A stretch of DNA of 64,000 nt from Eledone cirrhosa (Eukaryota): assembly GCA_964016885.1 (NCBI GenBank), contig OZ024746.1, positions 92,442,001 through 92,506,000 on the forward strand, written 5' to 3'. Of the stretch, positions 57,127-64,000 are shown piece after piece. The translations under genes and the position numbers were made by a program. Each line of letters opens with the position of its first letter. Position 1 is the stretch's first letter. Below the pieces are notes generated by a model. That model ran no database searches and was not told where the DNA came from. It saw only the letters and a list, made by a program, of their open reading frames with translations.

Positions 57127-57371
57127 ATGTATATAATATATGTATATTAATTTATATAGATATATATATATATAATATATATATAATATATATATAATAT
57201 ATATACGTATATAATATATATATATATAATATATATATCATCATCATCCTCATATATACGTATATAATGTATACATATATAAATAATATATATATGTATA
57301 TAATATATACATATATATATAATATATATGTATATATATATATAATGTATATCTATTATGTATATATATAT

Positions 57372-57540
57372 AATTGTTTCTACTTTTGGCACAAGGCCAG
57401 CAATTACTGGTACTTTATTTTATCGAGCCTGTAAGTATGAAAGGTAAAGTTAACCTCGGCGAGATTTGAACTCAGATCATAAAGGGACATAACTCTATGC
57501 TTTAAAGCATGGCGTCTGACCCTCTACCGATACTGCCAAT
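57372..57540 (-). mobile_element. SINE family B
   Basis: Matches 41194-41380. Confidence 0.85.
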
Positions 57541-57548
57541 CGACCGAG

Positions 57549-57774
<226 letters not shown>

Positions 57775-57822
57775 CTTGGTCGATTGTATATATATATATA
57801 CATATCTTGGTCGATTGTATAG

Positions 57823-57859
<37 letters not shown>

Positions 57860-58157
57860 GTATAAATATGTATATATATATATATATATATATAATGTAT
57901 ATATATTATATATATATAATGTATAAATATGTATATATATATATATATATATATAATGTATATATATTATATATATATAATGTATAGATATGTATATAAA
58001 CATACAAATTTTTGCTTTTTCTCTTACTGGTAATTGTTAGTGCTTAATACTACCATATTTATAATTATATATAACTCATATATATAAATATATATTATAT
58101 ATATATATATATAATATATTTGTATATAATATGTGTGTGTGTGTGTGTGTATGTATG

Positions 58158-58194
<37 letters not shown>

Positions 58195-58596
58195 GTATGT
58201 GTATATATATGTATATAATATATATATGTATATACATAAATATATATAATATATATATATATGTATCTGTATATATATATGTATATATATCATATAATAT
58301 AGTAATAATAATAAATTTGAAGACTAAAATCCAAAGAGGGCTCGATAAGGATAAATATATATCAAATATATAAGAACCGTAAAGTGGGTTATTTTAATAA
58401 ATATAATAATATGTATGTAATATATATGTATATAATATATATGTATATATATATAATATATATATATATATGTATATAATATATATGTATAGGTATATAA
58501 TATATAAGTATATATATATATATAATATTTATATATGTATATGATATATATATGTATATATGCACACATGACACACACACACATATACACACACAT

Positions 58597-58669
<73 letters not shown>

Positions 58670-58736
58670 TATCTCTCATTCACTCTCTCTCTCTCTCTGT
58701 TACACATATACCAATTTATATATATATATATTTATA

Positions 58737-58774
<38 letters not shown>

Positions 58775-59017
58775 CTACTTGTGTATGTCACTCTCCTTCT
58801 CTTTCTCATTTCTCCCTCTGTATATAGACATAGATGTATTTCTATTTTTAGGGGGAAGAGTTCTATGAATCCTGGATTGTTTTTTTTATTTAGTTTTTTA
58901 TCTCCTTAATTTCAGTGGTCCAAAGCGTGATAGTGGCGTTATTATTGGTAAGTTAATTTTACTCTACTGGCTTCATAATTTCATTTAATCATATCTAAAT
59001 ACTTGCACACACCTACA

Positions 59018-59087
<70 letters not shown>

Positions 59088-59176
59088 TGACCCAACAACT
59101 GAGTTCTTGCCATTTCCACAGCTTCTTCCAGACTGTTGAGTAATAATGATCTAACTAGACTTAAACTGTTTCTATC

Positions 59177-59234
<58 letters not shown>

Positions 59235-59235
<1 letters not shown>

Positions 59236-59418
59236 CAAATTTAAATTTTGAAAACCAAAAAAATGCGTATGAAGAATGTTAAATTGCCAAGGTAACAAAA
59301 GAATCTTACCTTAACAAATTTAACAATCGTTAAATTTGTTAAGGTAAGATTCTTTTGTTACCTTGGCAATTTAACATTCTTCATACGCATTTTTTTGGTT
59401 TTCAAAATTTAAATTTGT
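59235..59418. repeat. Perfect fold-back palindrome (90-bp arms, aatc loop) at the edge of (TA)n
   Basis: Arms 59235-59324 and 59329-59418. Confidence 0.92.
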
Positions 59419-59467
59419 GTTTCCTATTCAGCAATGCTTCAAGCAAGCTACAAAACTGTTATATATA

Positions 59468-59590
59468 TAATTGTTTCTACTTTAGGCACAAGGTCAGCAA
59501 TTACCCAGTTCATTACTGGTACTTTATTTTATCGACCCCGTAAGGATGAAAGGCAAAGTCAACCTCGGCGGGATTTGAACTCAGATCGTA
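59468..59590 (-). mobile_element. SINE family B, head truncated
   Basis: Matches 8968-9090. Confidence 0.8.
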
Positions 59591-59910
59591 AAATAATGAC
59601 TGTATATGACTGTATATATGTGTATGTGTGTGTATGTATGACTGTATATATATATATGTATGACTGTATATATGTATATATGTATGACTGTATATATGTA
59701 TATATGTATGACTGTATATATGTGTGTGTGTATGAATGTATGTATGACTATATATCGTCATCATCATCGTTTAACATCTATTTACCATGCTTGCATGAGT
59801 TACACAAGTCGTCCACATCATGAGACAAGTCTGGTCAGCTGGCTGTCATACCTTGGTCAGCATTTTTTCAGCTAGATGGATGCACTTCCTAACACCAACC
59901 ATGTTTACAG

Positions 59911-59979
<69 letters not shown>

Positions 59980-59981
<2 letters not shown>

Positions 59982-62900
59982 GGTTGTAGAAATGCTTGAA
60001 CGTAAGGAGGTCGATGTTTGTTGTATTCAAGAGACCTGGTGGAAGGGTGGGTCTGCTAGATTCATTGTGGGTAAAGAACGATGTTATAAGCTTCTCTGGG
60101 TGGGAAATGACAATGGGCTGGGTGGAGTAGGAATCATGGTAGCAGAAAAGTGGGCAGATAAGATAATAGACGTAAATAGAGTGAACGACAGAATAATTAA
60201 AATAAGACGTGTCCTCAATAGAACTACTGTGACAATAATATTTGCATATGCACCACAATCCGGACTGCCTGGCGTTATAAAAGACAGATTCTATGAGACG
60301 TTAATGCTCACTACCTCCCAAATAACCGACAGTGACTACATAGTTATCGCTGGCGACCTAAATGGTCACGTTGGACAACATTGTGACGGCTATGACGAAA
60401 TCCATGGAGGCTATGGGTTTGGTACTAGAAATGAGGAAGGCTCCAGAATCCTGGAATTCTGTGACGTAAATAACCTAACTATCTGTAACACTAACTTCAA
60501 AATACGAGACAATCACTTGATCACCTATAGATCAGGGGAACACACAAGCCAGGTAGATTATATCCTTAGCAGGAGATGTGACAGAGTGTCTGTTGTAAAC
60601 ACTAAATCCCTCCCCCATGAAGAATGCACTTCTCAACATAGACTCATAATTAACGACCTCATAGTCTGGACGAGACGTACTCGACAACAGAAGAGGACTA
60701 TCCTCAGGAGAAAAATATGGAAGTTAAAAGACCCCACAGCCAGTAATAAATTTAAAAGCATATTACTTGATGCTTTAGAGTCGTACAATATAGAGGAACA
60801 GTGGGAATTCCTGAAAGCTAACCTGCTGAAGGCGACAGATGAAACCTGTGGCTGGAGCAGACCTATAGGCAGGAGGAGAGTAACTCGGTGGTGGAACAGT
60901 AAGGTGGAGGGGTCAATCAAGCCCAAAAAGCAGGCTTGGAAAGCATGGCGGGATGGGGGAAGTAGAGAAGACTATCAAGTGGCCAGGAGGGAAGCTAGGA
61001 GACAAGTGTACTTCGCAAGAAGGGAAGCAGAGGAAAGAAAGTTCAAGCCTGTTCTACAACGCGAGGACCAAAAATGTGAGGTGTTCAGGATTGCTAGGCA
61101 ATGTGTCAAGGAAAACAGTGATATTGTCGGGGAGAAGTGTGTCCTTAATGATGATGGGGTACTTGCCATCACTGACGCTGAAAAGAAGGTAGCTTGGAAG
61201 TGTCACTACGAAAGGCTACTAAATGAGGAGAATAAATGGGAAAAAGATAGTCTCCCCCACATCGACCCAATAGAGGGACCAGCAGTGCAAGTTGAAGGTA
61301 GTATAATAAGTAAGGCGATCAAAGACATGAAGACGGGCAAGGCGGCCGGGCCTTTGGAAATAGTTGCTGAAATTCTGAAAGCATCTGGAACGGTGGGACA
61401 CACTATGGTCACTCGGATAGTAAACCAAGTCATACAGAATGGGGTCGTTCCGAAGGACTGGCGCAGCAGCATTATCATTAACTGCTACAAGGGTAAAGGT
61501 GATGCCCTAGATAGAGGAAACTATAGAGGCATTAAATTAATTGACCAGGTCATGAAGGTCACAGAAAAAGTAATAGCGCAACTAATCAGAGAGCGAATTG
61601 ATCTAGACGAAATGCAGTTCGGGTTTGCGTCAGGTAAAAGTACAACATACGCTCTCTTCATTGTACGACAACTACAGGAGAAGTACTTAGCTAAAAGTAA
61701 ACCCCTATACTTAGCCTTTGTTGACTTGGAGAAAGCCTTTGACAGAGTAGCCGCTCAATTATCTGGTGGGCCCTTAGAAAACTAGGTGTTGATGAATGGC
61801 TTGTGAGAGCTATACAAGCCATGTATAAAGAAACAGTCAGCAAGGTTAGAATTAACAACGAATATAGTGAAGAGTTTAGCGTAAAAGTTGGTGTTCATCA
61901 GAGCTCCGTCCTTAGCCCGCTACTATTTATTATTGCCCTTCAGGCTATAACAGAGGAGTTCAAGACCGGCTGCCCATGGGAACTCCTATATGCAGATGAT
62001 CTAACGCTCATAGCTGAATCAATGGCTGAACTCGAGAAGAAATTCCAAACATGGAAGCATGGCCTAGAATCAAAAGGCCTTAAAGTTAACTTGTCTAAGA
62101 CTAAAGTTCTAGTTTGTAGGAAGGAAAATAGGGCACCTGTCCCATCTGGGAAATGGCCATGCTCAGTGTGTAGGAAAGGAGTAGGCAGAAATTCCATTTT
62201 ATGTCCCAAATGCAAAGTATGGGTGCATAAAAGATGTAGTGGGATCACAGGTAAGCTAACTAAGAATATAGATTTTATATGTGGCCGGTGCTCTGGTGCA
62301 ATAAGTAACAGCAAGTGCCCACAGAATACTAGCTCATTCCATTGCACAGATGGTTCTATAGAAATAGTGGACAGCTTCCGTTACCTGGGTGACAAAATCA
62401 GCAGTGGGGGAGGGTGCTCTGAAAGTACAGTAGCTAGAGTCAGAACGGGATGGAAAAAGTTCAGAGAGCTTATACCACTATTGGCCGCTAAAGGGTTCTC
62501 TCTAAAAATGAAAGGCAGGCTGTATGATGCCTGCATACGAACAACAATGTTACATGGCAGTGAGACCTGGGCATTGTGTGCAGAAGATATACGCAGACTG
62601 GAGAGAAACGAAGCTTGCATGCTCCGTTGGATGTGTAATAATAATATACGTGAACGGCAAAGCATAAACGAACTAAGGGAGAAATTAGGAATAAGAGGGA
62701 TCAGATGTTGTTTACTTGAGAGAAGACTACGTTGGTACGGTCACGTGATGTGCATGAAAGACGACAGCTGTATAAAAAAGTGCAGGGCGATAAAAATAGA
62801 CGGTAGCCACGGAGTAGGCAGACCCAGAAAAACCTGGGACGACTTGATAAATTCCGACCTCACACACTTACACCTCTCCAAGACAATGTCCACTGGACCG

Positions 62901-63035
62901 AGATCTTTGGCGCTACACAGTTATACAGAAGACCCGCCTTGCCTAAGTACAAAGCGAAACCTACAGTCAGTAGGCACCTCTATCAAAATACACCCCCGTC
63001 CCACTACCCCCACCCCATCCACACCACTCCCTTAA
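59980..63035 (+). pseudogene. RTE APE-RT polyprotein, broken by a frameshift near 61750 (ORFs 59980..61785 and 61803..63035)
   Basis: DRV then a frame change into RSIIWWALRKLGVDEWLVRAIQAMY; further indel near 62890 relative to the 14841 copy. Confidence 0.9.
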
Positions 63036-63210
63036 ATGTGAAATTATGTTGGTACCACAACATCCAGTCCAAAACAAATGAGGTCGTGTAAATGTCACAA
63101 CAAAAAAACACACAGTCCACGCTGTAATGTGGCCATGTAGGTAACACGGTAAAAACCTCCCAGTACACAGTGTAAACGTGGTTGGTGTTGGGAAGGGCAC
63201 CCAGCCGTCA
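59980..63210 (+). mobile_element. Near full-length RTE-clade LINE (APE + RT + PHD-like finger), slightly 5'-truncated
   Basis: CIQET, YAPQ, GDLNGHVG, QVDYIL, SQHR (APE); NYRGIKL, QFGF, FVDLEKAFD, QSSVLSPLLF, YADD, FRYLG (RT); RTE 3' UTR. Confidence 0.95.
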
Positions 63211-63854
63211 TCAAAGTTGACATAAAATAAGGATGATAATCATCATCATCATCAACAAAGTTGACATAAAATAAGGAGGATGATGATAGAGTTTTACATC
63301 TCAAGTCCTATTCTTTCCTTCTTTCTCTCAGGAAATCAGTGATATACTGTTACAGTTTCTAATATTCTTGTAACATTGATGTTATAGATACAATCCTGAC
63401 TTCCATCTGCTATCAACCTAAAATGGACTGATCAAAATTTATTCCATCAGCAAACATTGAGTAATTTGTTTTAAATGATTTTGCAAGAGCAAGGAAATTG
63501 AAAATACTGTAGGGCAATAATTTATCATTAATTTTCGTTCATTAAACTAATTTTTTTCAAATTATGTCTATAATACTTCTTATTTCAAACCATTTTCATT
63601 GATTTTGCTTTTTTTCTTCAGTTTCTGTGTACTGTGGGTGTGGGGGGAGGGGCTTAGAGGTTGTATCATTACTCGGAAATTTCATATTACATTGAAATTA
63701 AGAGAGTTAAATCATACTTTAGAATTAATTGCAGCTTGACTTTCAGAGAATATCTTAGAGGTGATCTGTTTTGTTTGTTTTTAAATATTTTATTGTAATA
63801 ATTGTTATCAAAACATACTGGGAAAAATATGGTAGAATATTTTGTTTCAATAGC

Positions 63855-63923
<69 letters not shown>

Positions 63924-64000
63924 ATGTGAAGGTGCATGGCTTAGTAGTTAGAGTATTGCGCCAAGCTGGTGCCAAGCTGGTGCCAAGCTGTATTGGTCTT

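Overview
AT-rich, microsatellite-laden eukaryotic DNA. The repeat content (RTE LINEs with (GAT)n tails, tRNA-like SINEs, huge (TA)n tracts) is what I associate with a cephalopod/octopus genome, but that is inference. I see no convincing host protein-coding gene, and almost all long ORFs are microsatellite or minisatellite artefacts. Real coding sequence is retroelement-derived: a near full-length RTE LINE (59980-63210, APE + RT with a PHD-type finger inside RT), several RTE/CR1 fragments, and Penelope-like elements (PLEs; RT + C-terminal GIY-YIG, ORF 49745-51337 minus) embedded in a 3.55-kb-arm inverted repeat. The most striking signal is non-coding. About 20 type I hammerhead-ribozyme (HHR) motifs from roughly 10-11 unrelated sequence families lie mostly next to (TA)n tracts, often in head-to-head fold-back insertions. 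Some have very long or branched stem II domains or non-canonical core positions. Many families also share a covarying 3'-terminal hairpin (RCUC-stemloop-2 nt bulge-GAGY) about 30-70 nt from the (TA)n junction, which also ends the RT-encoding PLE. All RNA structures were folded by eye and need computational and biochemical confirmation.
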